A stretch of DNA of 64,000 bases from Macrostomum lignano (taxonomy: Eukaryota). The stretch lies in assembly GCA_002269645.1 (NCBI GenBank), contig NIVC01003260.1:1-64000 (forward strand). Reading direction: 5' to 3'. How positions within the stretch are numbered: the first letter of the stretch is position 1; each line of letters opens with the position of its first letter. The notes beneath the pieces were generated by a model, which worked only from the letters and a program-made list of their open reading frames with translations, was not told where the DNA came from and ran no database searches. This document shows, piece by piece, positions 36,705 to 52,430 of the stretch. A program made the translations under genes and the position numbers.

Positions 36705-38840
36705 ATGGCAGGCAGGTCAGCAAACGATCTGCTGGATCGGCACAATATCTCCACTGCGGAGGCTGCGTTCGCCCTGCCGCCAACGATTAAGCAGATCCGA
36801 GGTGAGATTCCGCCCCGATTCCTCCCCTATTCCGCTCCGATTCCGCCCCGATTCCACCCCGATTCCGCCCCGATTCCGCCCCTATTCCGCACCGATTCCG
36901 CCCCGATTCCTCCCCTATTCTGCTCCGATTCCGCCCCGATTCCGCTCCGATTCCGCTCCGATTCCGCTCCGATTCCGCCCCTATTCCGCTCCGATTCCGC
37001 CCCGATTCCTCCCCTATTCCGCTCCGATTCCGCCCCGATTCCTCCCCTATTCCGCTCCGATTCCGCCCCGATTCCTCCCCTATTCCGCTCCAATTCCGCC
37101 TCGATTCCACCCCCATTCCTTATTCCGCCCCCATTCCGCCCTGATTCCGCTCCGATTCGGCCCCAAATCCGCCCCGATTCCGCCCCGATTCCGCCCCCAT
37201 TCCTTATTCCGCCCCCATTCCGCCCTGATTCCGCTCCGATTCGGCCCCAAATCCGCCCCGATTCCGCCCCGATTCCGCCCCGATTCCCCCGATCCGCCCC
37301 ATTCCTCTCTCATTCCGCCATAGCAATCCCGATGAACTCCAGCATCCGCTTCTCCGTCATCCTCACAGGAAGCCGAGGCGACGCCATGCGGTTCACGCAG
37401 TCGCAGACGGGGGACTCATCTGCACCCGCCGGCCGCCGGCCGCCCAACACCAACGGCTCGGCCAGCCGAGGCCAGTGCTGCGAGGCCAAGGAGCCGCTGC
37501 TGCCCCGACCGACTGAGGCGATCGACGACGGAGCGGCCGCGGATTTGCCACAGGAGCAGCAGCGGCAGCAGCGGCAGCGAGACGACGGCGGCGACGGAGG
37601 CAGCAATTTAAAGGGACGAAAGAAGATCATTCGCCAGGCTAGGAAGCACCCGACTGTGGACCGGATCATCACCTTCCTGCAGGTTTGCTTTGCCGGCTGG
37701 CCACATTTCCGTCACTGCGTCACTCTGTCCATCTTGCCACTCTCTTATCCCTTATCACTCTCCTATCAGTCTGCCACTCTTGTCATTCTACTCTCCGTCA
37801 CTGTTGTCACTCTACTCTCCGTCACTGCTGTCACTCTACTCTCCGTCACTCTTGTCACTCCACTCTCCGTCACTTTTGTCACTCCACTCTCCGTCACTGT
37901 TGTCACTCTACTCTCCGTCACTGCTGTCACTCTACTCTCTAATCCCTTTACCAGCCTGTCACTCTACCAGCCTGTCACTCTACCAGCCTGTCACTCTACC
38001 AGCCTGTCACTCTACCAGCCTGTCACTCCACCAGCTCGTCACTCGCAAGACAGTCGCATCCGCAACCCATTTCACTCGCAGGACAAGCAGGTGGATGACG
38101 ATCATCAAGATTTAATTCAGGATCTGCAGTTGCCACTTCTTCGAAAAATACTCAACGTTATCTTCATCACGCTAGGAGTTGTTTTCCTGCTGGGAGTCAT
38201 CGTGGTGATCATCTACACAAATATCGGTGAGCTCTTTATTGCCTGCTAGCGCTGAGTTAGTAACACGATTCAATTTTAATCTACCTGTTGTTCCTTGCCT
38301 GTTGAGTGCAATTAACGCGATGTGAGTCTCATTCACCTACTTCGATTGGCTGTGGTGCAATTTTGCATTTCATATGATTTCATACTTTGTGACTTCATAG
38401 CAATTCGTGTCAGCTTGAAGTGCGCCTTAACTCTAACTAGGCAATATCGACTTAAGTAAATGTGAAAGACTGCATGGCAGTCTGACAATCGTGGCTTCAA
38501 TTCGAGATTAAACTTATCATCCTATTCCGCCATATTCCAGCCAATCCGCCCCAGTCCCCCTTAGTCTATCGCCCCCATTTGACACTTTTCCATGACCCCA
38601 TTCCCCCTATTATATTCAGCCCTATCATTCCGGCCCAAGCCCGTTCCCCTTCCTGCTTATTTGAAAGCTTCAAAATTGTTTTATCGTTCAGTTCTTTTTG
38701 TTTTGATGCGAGTCGGTTTTGTCTAAAGCTTTCTAGTGGCGCACTTCAGATTTAACTGGCTCTGGCAGTGGTCTGACCGAATTCCAGCCCTAAATCAATC
38801 AACCAACTAATCAATCAATCGATCAATCAATCAATCAACT

Positions 38841-38877
<37 letters not shown>

Positions 38878-38895
38878 GTCAATCAATCAATCAAC

Positions 38896-38930
<35 letters not shown>

Positions 38931-39025
38931 CGAACTAATTAATCAATCAATCAATCAATTAACCAACTAATTAATCCATCAATCAATCAATCAATCAATC
39001 AATCCATCCATCCATCCATCCATCC

Positions 39026-39086
<61 letters not shown>

Positions 39087-39092
39087 CCAACT

Positions 39093-39146
<54 letters not shown>

Positions 39147-39148
39147 CT

Positions 39149-39222
<74 letters not shown>

Positions 39223-39569
39223 CTAATCAATCAATCAATCAACCAATCAATCAACTAATTAATCAATCAATCATTCAATCAATCAATCAATCAATCAATC
39301 ATCCAACCAACCAATCAATCAATCGGTCAGACCGGAGCGCCAGTCTCGCGCGGCAGCATACGGCTCCGCAGATCTGCTTCTGTTTCACTAATTATCTGTC
39401 GTTATTGATTAGAATTGAGTCCCAATTACTCAGCTGGCAGCAAACAGTCAATTTGCTAACCACCCCCTTCCCACCCGAATCCGCTGACCACTGCGCCGAT
39501 CCAGTGGCAGACCACGGAGGGTCGCACCGCAGAAATGCCACGTACGTACTCATCAAGTCCCTTCACTGA
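36705..39569 (+). CDS. Multi-exon gene for a protein with one C-terminal TM helix, function unknown
   Basis: Exons 36705-36801, 37324-37682 and 38082-38226 are phase-consistent (1, 0, 1); TM ILNVIFITLGVVFLLGVIVVIIY. A last exon at 39511-39569 (DHGGSHRRNATYVLIKSLH*) is tentative; read-through would instead stop at 38249. Introns hold ATTCCGCCCCG-type, 21/15-bp and (AATC)n arrays. Confidence 0.65.
38800..39322. repeat. (AATC)n microsatellite
   Basis: Read directly. Confidence 0.95.
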
Positions 39570-40095
39570 CTCACCGCCTTGACCGGCCTGACACCTTTGA
39601 TCTTTACCGCAATAGTGCGGACTCAATGGTCCCCGTGGCAACAACAGTTCAAGGTGGAACTTTTGCATCACTAATTATTATTGTGTACACATTATTTTCC
39701 TCAAAATGCTCCAAGCTTGAGTTAGCCGGCTCTAATTACTGCATTACTAACAACTCTTGGGGAGTGGAACTACCGCAATTCCATAACTCATGGGTTCGAA
39801 TTTTCTAAACAGGGATTTCTTAGTCTAGGGAATTCTACTAAGATTAGTTAAACCTAAGATGTGTCACTCCTTATTTTGCGAGTAAGCTGTGGAATGAAAA
39901 TTGATTCTAAGCCCCAATTTTCAAGTGAAAAGCATCCAGACGGTTTTTCCGCCGCATTCTCTCCTCTATCGGAAGGTACAGGTGACTTAAGTAACTGCAT
40001 ATAAAATACGATTGCTTATTTAATCGTTAAAAAATTGTACTATTCTGAGCCGGGAATGTGTTGTCTATGTTAATTTTGACAAAAACTAGGATATT

Positions 40096-40287
40096 GGGCC
40101 GTATGCAGAAAGCTCTGTCTAGGGTAGTCCGGTCTTGAAAAGCTAGTCTGGACTTGGATTTGGTATGCAGAAACACAAAGTTAGACCGGTATACTATAGC
40201 AGAACTGGGTAGCTGGACCATAGACTATAGACTGAACTACCCAAGTCCGGACTAGCTAGTCTGGACTAAGCTTTCTGCATACGGCCC
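40096..40287. mobile_element. PIF/Harbinger-like MITE (192 bp)
   Basis: Perfect 19-bp TIR GGGCCGTATGCAGAAAGCT / AGCTTTCTGCATACGGCCC with 3-bp TSD ATT on both sides. Confidence 0.8.
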
Positions 40288-40850
40288 ATTATATCATAAT
40301 ATAATATCATAATATCATATTATGATATATCATATAATATCATAATATCATAATATCTCGCTTCGCTCGCCTCGGGACCATTAAATGCAACCTGGACATT
40401 CTAACCACAGAGTGTGAATTAAACGGCGTTTATTATTTACATAAAATGCTTATTTTTCTTGTAGGGCAATTCCTCTGCGGGAAAACTAACATCCAAGCGT
40501 TGAACAAAGATGTCCCAGCTTTGGCCACAGACATAGAATGAAAATTTCACACAAATCAATGATTTACTACAAGTAGTTTCGCTTGGTTCTAAAATTGAAA
40601 ATTCCTTTTAGAGCTTATTAATTTAGCTAGTGGTGAAAACAACTAAAGGCTTTGATTATATCTGTGTAGCAAGCAAACAGGAATCATTAAATCAAAGATT
40701 CCATATAGTCAGCGCTTAAATCTTTCCAAGCTTGAAGGATATTGAATCATTTCAGCGGATTAATGCGATACATACTGGCAGCACTGACAGCAGCTTCTGT
40801 TGGGGCACAACTTGCACTCAATTAAAGTACAGTCATGGACTACTCAAGTA

Positions 40851-41290
40851 GTAGAAGGACGGGAAACCCCGTTTCTTGGAAAATTTTAGGAGGCAGCTTT
40901 TACCGAAAGAATGCACTACGGAGATGGGAAGTTTTGTCTCTATTACACACACTGTTACACAGTCGCTAAGAATGACAAAATAGATTCATAAAACCAACGA
41001 GCCGAGCCGTGTCATTTTAATGGTTTTTTAGACACAACCTGTGCCATTGTACGTAGAATAAAAAATTAAAATAGAATCCTAATTTACCAAATGAAAAGCT
41101 TTATGAAAATCAATACAGCTATAAGAAAGGCACAACATATCAAAAGATAAACATTGGGTCTGCCTCCTATCGAAAGCAATCACAATTTTTGTGCTGAAAA
41201 ATGAAAAATTCCTATCGTGTAGTGTATTTTTTATCGGAAAAAACCGGCCTCCTAAAATTCTCCAGGAGACGAGGTTTCCCATTCTTCTAT
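40851..41290. mobile_element. MITE with ~80-bp imperfect terminal inverted repeats
   Basis: GGGAAACCCCGTTTCTTGGAAAATTTTAGGAGGC...CACTACGGAGATGGGAA (40861-40930) is the inverse of 41210-41280. A related copy lies at ~5525-5585 plus 7117-7385. Confidence 0.7.
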
Positions 41291-41858
41291 TTGATACAGT
41301 CAGTCATGGACAGCTGGAACATGAAGGACACGCAGTACACTCGCAAGCCGTGCAGGTCCAAAAGTACAGTATGTTCTATCAGAGGTCGCTAGCTACCTAT
41401 TTTTATTTAAATTCTATCGCCAATGTCTATCCAATTTTAATTTGAAACCAATTGCGTGTTTTTTTTGAAAATTTCCAACCGGCTACCCTGTGGCCTCCGC
41501 CCACCTGACTTCGATTTTATAGGAAAGGACGACCATGGCAACGGCGCCAATAGGGTCGAGTAGCTCTGACTGCACCCGGCAACTGACTATAGTTCGATGT
41601 ACAATAATGGCTTCACCCGCTTTGAATATCTTCCTTATGAGCAATTGACTCAATGATGCAATGTAAATAGAAAGTCATATTTCGGAACTTTGAAATTGGT
41701 TGGTAATTCCATAAAATCTCTGATGATTTAATTAATAAACGATCGTACCTTTTTGTGCTTAGCAACCGCGGCTTTAAAATTAAGCTTGCTGTATGCGCTG
41801 CAGCCCTCTCAATGCTGGAGACTTCTGATTGTTGACTAGTTCATTTGACTGATTGAAT

Positions 41859-44800
41859 GTGCCCTCACCTACCCTCTGTTGCCCCTCATCTACCCTCTGT
41901 TGCACCTCATCTACCCTCTGTTGCCTTTCATCTACCCTCTGTTGCCTTTCATCTACCCTCTGTTGCCCCTCATCTACCCTCTGTTGCCCCTCATCTACCC
42001 TCTGTTGCCCCTCATCTACCCTCTGTTGCCCCTAATCTACCCTCTGTTGCCTTTCATCTACCCTCTGTTGCCCCTCATCTACCCTCTGTTGCCTTTCATC
42101 TATCCTCTGTTGCCTTCATCTACCCTCTGTTGCCTTTCATCTATCCTCTGTTGCCTTTCATCTATCCTCTGTTGCCCCTCATCTACCCTCTGTTGCCTTT
42201 CATCTATCCTCTGTTGCCTTCATCTATCCTCTGTTGCCCCTCATCTACCCTCTGTTGCCCCTCATCTACCCTCTGTTGCCCCTCATCTACCCTCTGTTGC
42301 CTTTCATCTATCCTCTGTTGCCTTCATCTACCCTCTGTTGCCTTTCATCTATCCTCTGTTGCCTTTCATCTATCCTCTGTTGCCCCTCATCTACCCTCTG
42401 TTGCCTTTCATCTATCCTCTGTTGCCTTCATCTACCCTCTGTTGCCTTTCATCTATCCTCTGTTGCCTTTCATCTATCCTCTGTTGCCCCTCATCTACCC
42501 TCTGTTGCCTTTCATCTATCCTCTGTTGCCTTCATCTACCCTCTGTTGCCTTTCATCTATCTTCTGTTGCCTTTCATCTATCCTCTGTTGCCCCTCATCT
42601 ACCCTCTGTTGCCTTTCATCTATCCTCTGTTGCCTTCATCTACCCTCTGTTGCCTTTCATCTATCCTCTGTTGCCTTTCATCTACCCTCTGTTGCCTTTC
42701 ATCCACCCTCTGTTGCCTTTCATCTACCCTCTGTTGCCCCTCATCTACCCTCTGTTGCCCCTCATCTACCCTCTGTTGCCCCTCATCTACCCTCTGTTGC
42801 CCCTCATCTACCCTCTTTTGCCTTTCATCTACCCTCTGTTGCCCCTCATCTACCCTCTGTTGCCTTTCATCTACCCTCTGTTGCCTTTCATCTACCCTCT
42901 TTTGCCTTTCATCTACCCTCTGTTGCCCCTCATCTACCCTCTGTTGCCTTTCATCTACCCTCTGTTGCCTTTCATCTACCCTCTGTTGCCTTTCATCTAC
43001 CCTCTGTTGCCCCTCATCTACCCTCTGTTGCCCCTCATCTACCCTCTGTTGCCCCTAATCTACCCTCTGTTGCCTTCATCTACCCTCTGTTGCCTTTCAT
43101 CTACCCTCTGTTGCCTTTCATCCACCCTCTGTTGCCTTTCATCTACCCTCTGTTGCCTTTCATCTACCCTCTGTTGCCCCTCATCTACCCTCTGTTGCCT
43201 TTCATCTACCCTCTGTTGCCTTTCATCTACCCTCTGTTGCCTTTCATCTACCCTCTGTTGCCCCTCATCTACCCTCTGTTGCCCCTCATCTACCCTCTGT
43301 TGCCCCTAATCTACCCTCTGTTGCCTTCATCTACCCTCTGTTGCCTTTCATCTACCCTCTGTTGCCTTTCATCCACCCTCTGTTGCCTTTCATCTACCCT
43401 CTGTTGCCTTTCATCTACCCTCTGTTGCCCCTCATCTACCCTCTGTTGCCTTTCATCTACCCTCTGTTGCCCCTCATCTACCCTCTGTTGCCTTTCATCT
43501 ACCCTCTTTTGCCTTTCATCTACCCTCTGTTGCCTTTCATCTACCCTCTGTTGCATTTCATCTTCCCTCTGTTGCCCCTCATCTACCCTCTGTTGCCTTT
43601 CATCTACCCTCTGTTGCCTTTCATCTATCCTCTGTTGCCCCTCATCTACCCTCTGTTGCCCCTCATCTACCCTCTGTTGCCCCTAATCTACCCTCTGTTG
43701 CCCCTCATCTACCCTCTGTTGCCCCTCATCTACCCTCTGTTGCCTTTCATCTATCCTCTGTTGCCTTCATCTACCCTCTGTTGCCTTTCATCTATCCTCT
43801 GTTGCCTTTCATCTATCCTCTGTTGCCCCCATCTACCCTCTGTTGCCTTTCATCTATCCTCTGTTGCCTTCATCTACCCTCTGTTGCCTTTCATCTATCC
43901 TCTGTTGCCTTTCATCTATCCTCTGTTGCCCCTCATCTACCCTCTGTTGCCTTTCATCTATCCTCTGTTGCCTTCATCTACCCTCTGTTGCCTTTCATCT
44001 ATCCTCTGTTGCCTTTCATCTATCCTCTGTTGCCCCTCATCTACCCTCTGTTGCCTTTCATCTATCTTCTGTTGCCTTCATCTACCCTCTGTTACCTTTC
44101 ATCTATCCTCTGTTGCCTTTCATCTACCCTCTGTTGCCTTTCATCTACCCTCTGTTGCCTTTCATCTACCCTCTGTTGCCTTCATCTACCCTCTGTTGCC
44201 CCTCATCTACCCTCTGTTGCCCCTCATCTACCCTCTGTTGCCTTTCATCTACCCTCTGTTGCCCCTCATCTACCCTCTGTTGCCTTTCATCTACCCTCTG
44301 TTGCCTTTCATCTACCCTCTTTTGCCTTTCATCTACCCTCTGTTGCCCCTCATCTACCCTCTGTTGCCTTTCATCTACCCTCTGTTGCCTTTCATCTACC
44401 CTCTGTTGCCTTTCATCTACCCTCTGTTGCCCCTCATCTACCCTCTGTTGCCCCTCATCTACCCTCTGTTGCCCCTAATCTACCCTCTGTTGCCTTCATC
44501 TACCCTCTGTTGCCTTTCATCTACCCTCTGTTGCCTTTCATCCACCCTCTGTTGCCTTTCATCTACCCTCTGTTGCCTTTCATCTACCCTCTGTTGCCCC
44601 TCATCTACCCTCTGTTGCCTTTCATCTACCCTCTTTTGCCTTTCATCTACCCTCTGTTGCCCCTCATCTACCCTCTGTTGCCTTTCATCTACCCTCTGTT
44701 GCCTTTCATCTACCCTCTGTTGCCTTTCATCTATCCTCTGTTGCCTTCATCTACCCTCTGTTGCCTTTCATCTATCCTCTGTTGCCTTTCATCTATCCTC

Positions 44801-46025
44801 TGTTGCCCCTCATCTACCCTCTGTTGCCTTTCATCTATCCTCTGTTGCCTTTCATCTATCCTCTGTTGCCCCTCATCTACCCTCTGTTGCCTTTCATCTA
44901 TCCTCTGTTGCCTTCATCTACCCTCTGTTGCCTTTCATCTATCCTCTGTTGCCTTTCATCTATCCTCTGTTGCCCCTCATCTACCCTCTGTTGCCTTTCA
45001 TCTATCCTCTGTTGCCTTCATCTACCCTCTGTTGCCTTTCATCTATCCTCTGTTGCCTTTCATCTATCCTCTGTTGCCCCTCATCTACCCTCTGTTGCCT
45101 TTCATCTATCCTCTGTTGCCTTCATCTACCCTCTGTTGCCTTTCATCTATCCTCTGTTGCCTTTCATCTACCCTCTGTTGCCTTTCATCTACCCTCTGTT
45201 GCCTTTCATCTACCCTCTGTTGCCCCTCATCTACCCTCTGTTGCCCCTCATCTACCCTCTGTTGCCCCTCATCTACCCTCTTTTGCCTTTCATCTACCCT
45301 CTGTTGCCCCTCATCTACCCTCTGTTGCCTTTCATCTACCCTCTGTTGCCTTTCATCTACCCTCTTTTGCCTTTCATCTACCCTCTGTTGCCCCTCATCT
45401 ACCCTCTGTTGCCTTTCATCTACCCTCTGTTGCCTTTCATCTACCCTCTGTTGCCTTTCATCTACCCTCTGTTGCCCCTCATCTACCCTCTGTTGCCCCT
45501 CATCTACCCTCTGTTGCCCCTAATCTACCCTCTGTTGCCTTCATCTACCCTCTGTTGCCTTTCATCTACCCTCTGTTGCCTTTCATCCACCCTCTGTTGC
45601 CTTTCATCTACCCTCTGTTGCCTTTCATCTACCCTCTGTTGCCCCTCATCTACCCTCTGTTGCCTTTCATCTACCCTCTTTTGCCTTTCATCTACCCTCT
45701 GTTGCCCCTCATCTACCCTCTGTTGCCTTTCATCTACCCTCTGTTGCCTTTCATCTACCCTCTGTTGCCTTTCATCTACCCTCTGTTGCCTTTCATCTAT
45801 TCTCTGTTGCCCCTCATCTATCCTCTGTTGCCCCTCATCTACCCTCCGTTGCCCCTCATCTACCCTCTGTTGCCCCTCATCTACCCTCTGTTGCCTTTCA
45901 TCTATCCTTTGTTGCCCCTCATCTACCCTCTGTTGCCTTTTATCTATCCTTTGTTGCCCCTCATCTACCCTCTGTTGCCTTCATCTACTCTCTGTTGCCC
46001 CTCATATACCCTCTGTTGCCCTCCA
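41859..46025. repeat. 4.2-kb 20/21-bp minisatellite (YYTCATCTAYCCTCTGTTGCC)n with higher-order blocks
   Basis: About 200 units; the long ORFs here are artefacts. Confidence 0.97.
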
Positions 46026-46911
46026 TCTACACGCTCATGCACTTTGAGCTACCCTCGTTTCTGAGTCATTCCCACCTTCATCCTACTCTCTTAGTTCACC
46101 CTTCTCTTTTGTCACAAGCCGTCTTTATCTGTGCCTCTATCAACTTTTCATCATACCTAGCAAAGCATTTCACGTTGACGTGGCAATATTCGACACCAAA
46201 TGTAATAAAATCTCCGCTTTGAACAAGATTAAGTAATCATGAGCAACTTTCTCAGTCGAACCACCCCGTCAATCATTCATTTTCGAGTATTCTCAAGAAT
46301 CTGTCGCAAAATAACTTGGAAAACATGACTTTCTACTGAAACAATACAACAAGTAGTATAAGAAGGACTCGTGCAGAGACGCAGCGCATTGCTATAGCAG
46401 CCCCGCTTATATCAGTGGCCACTGCAGCCCAGCTTTTAAGTGAGCTACTCTCTGCTACTTGGCGACTGACTCAGTGAACGCAGAGCAGAAATATTTTTGT
46501 TATTTTCTCTGCTTCAACCCCCCGCCCAGTGATAGCCAGGCAGTGCAGCTCGCACAGCTGCTGAGCAGGGTCAGAGCCTCATCTCTCAGGCACAATGGCA
46601 AAGGCAGAAAATGCAACGATACACGTGAGGCTCCATGCTCGTGTCAGGCTTGGAATGCTCAAGTCTAAACAGCTCAATGTAGACTCGCATTCGCACACCA
46701 TGTAGGGTAGGGCAGAACTGAGCACTGCTGCCTCTATTAAACCTGGATATTTGCTTGCGGAGACTTCTTATTCACCGAGTTAGACGGCCATTCTGAGGTT
46801 ATTCAATTCTCTGAGAATAATATTTTTATTTCGCTCAGCAAATATCTATAGCTCATGCTCAAAGACGCCATTAGATATGATGCAGCGGGGAAGCTGCGAC
46901 GACATACTGGA

Positions 46912-49184
46912 ATGCTCCTGGCGCTTCTGGTGCTGCTGGCCAGCCTCGGCTGCGCTGCCGGGAGGCCCAGCCGGCTGCATGAGGATGACTTTGACAGTCC
47001 AGATGATGAATCAGGTATGCAATGCATGAAGTGCCGCCGGGAGGTGAGATCTGGTGGCTGGAGTAGAGCTAGAACTTTTGAGATCTCATTAATGTAGTGA
47101 GACTACTGTGAGATCTCATTGATTAAGCGAGGCTACTGTAAGATCTCACTAATGCAGTGAGACTACTGTGAGATCTCACCAATGGAGTGAGACTATTTTG
47201 AGATCTCACTAATGCAGTGAGACTACTGTGAGATCTCATTGATCAAGCGAGACTACTGTGAGATCTCACTAATGCAGTGAGACTACTGTAAGATCTCACT
47301 AATGCAGTGAGACTACTGTGAGATCTCACTAATGTAATGAGACTACTGTGAGATCTCATTAATGCAGTGAGACTACTGTGAGATCTTACTAATGCAGTGA
47401 GCCTACTGTGAGATCTCACTAATGGAGTGAGACTAATGTGAGATCTCCCTGATGCAGTGAGACTACTTTGAGATTTCACTGATGATGTTAAACTACTGTG
47501 AGATCTCACTGATGAAGTGAGACTACTGTGAGATCTCACTAATGTAGTGAGACTACTTTGAGATTTCACTGATGAAATGAGACTACTTTGAGATCTCCCT
47601 GATGCAGTGAGTGTACTGTGAGGTCTTACTAATGCAGTGAGACTACTTTGAGATTTCACTCATGATGTGAAACTACTGTGAGATCTTGCTAATGATATGA
47701 GACTAGTGTGAGATCTCATTAATCGAGTGAGACTGCTGTGAGATCTCACTAATGCAGTGAGACAACTGTGAGATCTCACTAATGCAGTGAGACTACTGTT
47801 AGATCTCACTAATGTAGTGAGACTACTGTAAGATCTCACTAGTGCAGTGAGACTACTGTAAGATCTCACTGATGAAGTGAGACTACTGTGAGATTTCACT
47901 GATGATGTGAAACTACTGTGAGATCTCACTGATGAAGTGAGACTACTGTGAGATCTTCCTAATGATATGAGACTAGTGTGAGATCTCATTAATCGAATTA
48001 GACTGCTGTGAGATCTCACTAATGCAGTGAGACTACTGTTAGATCTCAATAATGGAATGAGACTATTATGAGACAGCTTGTATTAGATGATTCAGATTTT
48101 GTGGACACAAACAGATTAGGAAAATCAATTGAGACGCTAATCCAAAAGTCCGTGTCTGACGCCCCAAAGTCTCAGGCTGGGCTCGCGGCCTAGCTGACCG
48201 GCTGAGAGCATCCAGCGGTGAGGCCTTTGATTCCGACGATGCCTCCGAAGAAGAGCCCGAGCTGCAAGTCGAGGCCACGAAGCGGTCATGGATCGCCGAG
48301 CTGACAGAGAAGGTGGACCGCACCGAGGAGGCCGCAGACCTCATCGAGGAGATTCAGTCGCGCACTAGCAGCAGCGGATTGCGCAGCCTGAAGTCCGCCT
48401 GCAAGGCGATGTGCCCGAAGTGCGTCTGCGGCGTCATCCTGTTGCCCGGCCTGCCCAAAAATTCAAAAGCCGGAAAGCCAAAAGCCGGAAAGCCAAAGGC
48501 CGGAAAGCCAAATGCCGGAAAGCCAAAGGCCGGAAAGCCAAAGGCTGGAAAGCCAAAGGCCGGAAAGCCAAAGGCCGGAAAGCCAAAAGCCGGAAAGCCA
48601 AAGGCCGGAAAGCCAAAGGCCGGAAAGCCAAAGGCCGGAAAGCCAAAAGCCGGAAAGCCAAAAGCCGGAAAGCCAAAGCCCAGAAAGCCAAAAGCCGGAA
48701 AGTCAAAGGCTGGAAAGCCAAAGGCCGGAAAATCAAAAGCTGGAAAGCCAAAGGCTGGAAAGCCAAAAGCTGGAAAGCCAAAGGCCGGAAAGCCAAAGGC
48801 CGGAAAGCCAAAGAAGGCCGGAAAGCCGGAAAAGGCCGGAAAGCCGAAGAAGGCCGGAAAGCCGGAAAAGGCCGGAAAGCCGAAGAAGGCCGGAAAGCCG
48901 GAAAAGGCCGGAAAGCCGGAAAAATCTAAGAAGCCTGTAAGTTTTTGTTTGGAATATCTCTTCATAAAAGCCGTAATTTCCTCTAACCTTAATCTCTTAT
49001 CTTGCTCGTTCACAATTTGAAGCCCTCGAAGAAGTCGCTTCAGTTTTCCGCTCTGGAGAGCCAACTGCCCGACTTTCTGCTTGACGAGGGCGGCGACGAA
49101 GCGGTTTTCAAACGGAAGGTCGGCGATCACGATCCGCTGTCTGACGAGTCCGAGGAGATGCTCAGCAGCTTCGGTGTGGAATGA
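46912..49184 (+). CDS. Secreted precursor (~341 aa): signal peptide, acidic pro-region, Cys motif, (KAGKP)n cationic core, acidic tail
   Basis: Exons 46912-47014, 48176-48936 and 49023-49184 (GT-AG, phases 1, 0). Signal MLLALLVLLASLGCAAG; CKAMCPKCVC; about 29 KAGKP/KAGKPE units whose variation is mostly synonymous (AAA/AAG, GCC/GCT). Confidence 0.8.
47050..48065. repeat. 30-bp minisatellite with palindromic core GTGAGATCTCAC, filling intron 1
   Basis: Unit approximately GAGACTACTGTGAGATCTCACTAATGCAGT. Confidence 0.92.
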
Positions 49185-49224
49185 GGATCGGTGTTCGGGT
49201 ACAGGAGAGATGTTTTTGCTAGAG

Positions 49225-49250
49225 TTAGGGTTAGGGTTAGGGTTAGGGTT
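49225..49250 (+). repeat. Interstitial telomeric repeat (TTAGGG)4
   Basis: Four perfect units 40 bp after the stop codon at 49184. Confidence 0.85.
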
Positions 49251-49679
49251 GCATCTGCGGATGTAAAAGGTCAGCAAAGAAATATATTGAATATAGATCT
49301 ACCGAGGAATACTATAATACTAAATTAACAAGCGAGTTAGATTATAAAGAAGTTTCTTCTGAAGGAGTATTTCTATAAAGAAAGTATAAAAGCTTTCTCG
49401 ATTATTTTTTAAAAATTTGAACACCTATTCCGAACTACCAAAGCTGAAGCGAACCCAATGCTTACATTTTTCAAGTTCAATATTGAATTCAACAGCTAAC
49501 CTGTTTCATTCCATGTTCATTTAAATAAATTCGAAGCCAGTGCTTGACAACAAGTCAAGTCCACTCTTTTCGGCATGATTGTTCAATATTTAATGATAAC
49601 CCCTGATAAAGTCACACAAAAATCACCACCGGTCGTTCTTTACCTCTACATTGAGTCTTGCAGTGGTCTATGACTGCGC

Positions 49680-52264
<2,585 letters not shown>

Positions 52265-52430
52265 ATGAAGCGCACACTCTGTTTTAAGGCCAGTTGGCAA
52301 AGGGCTTTCAAAGGGCTGGCTGAGAAAGGCAACAGCTGCGGCAGAATTCCGCAGCGCTGCCTCACCCCCCCCCCGAGATTTGTTATCAGCTGCACCTGGG
52401 CACCCCAATAAAGAAAAATCGTTGCAGCAA

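Noticed and set aside
39456-39671. Minus-strand ORF with a gag-like Q..GES...EYV motif
   Set aside because: Too short and weak, with no other retroelement features nearby.
41853-46064. Very long ORFs (up to 907 aa) over the minisatellite
   Set aside because: Open in several frames only because the unit lacks stop codons; frame-shifting 20-bp units show no coding constraint.
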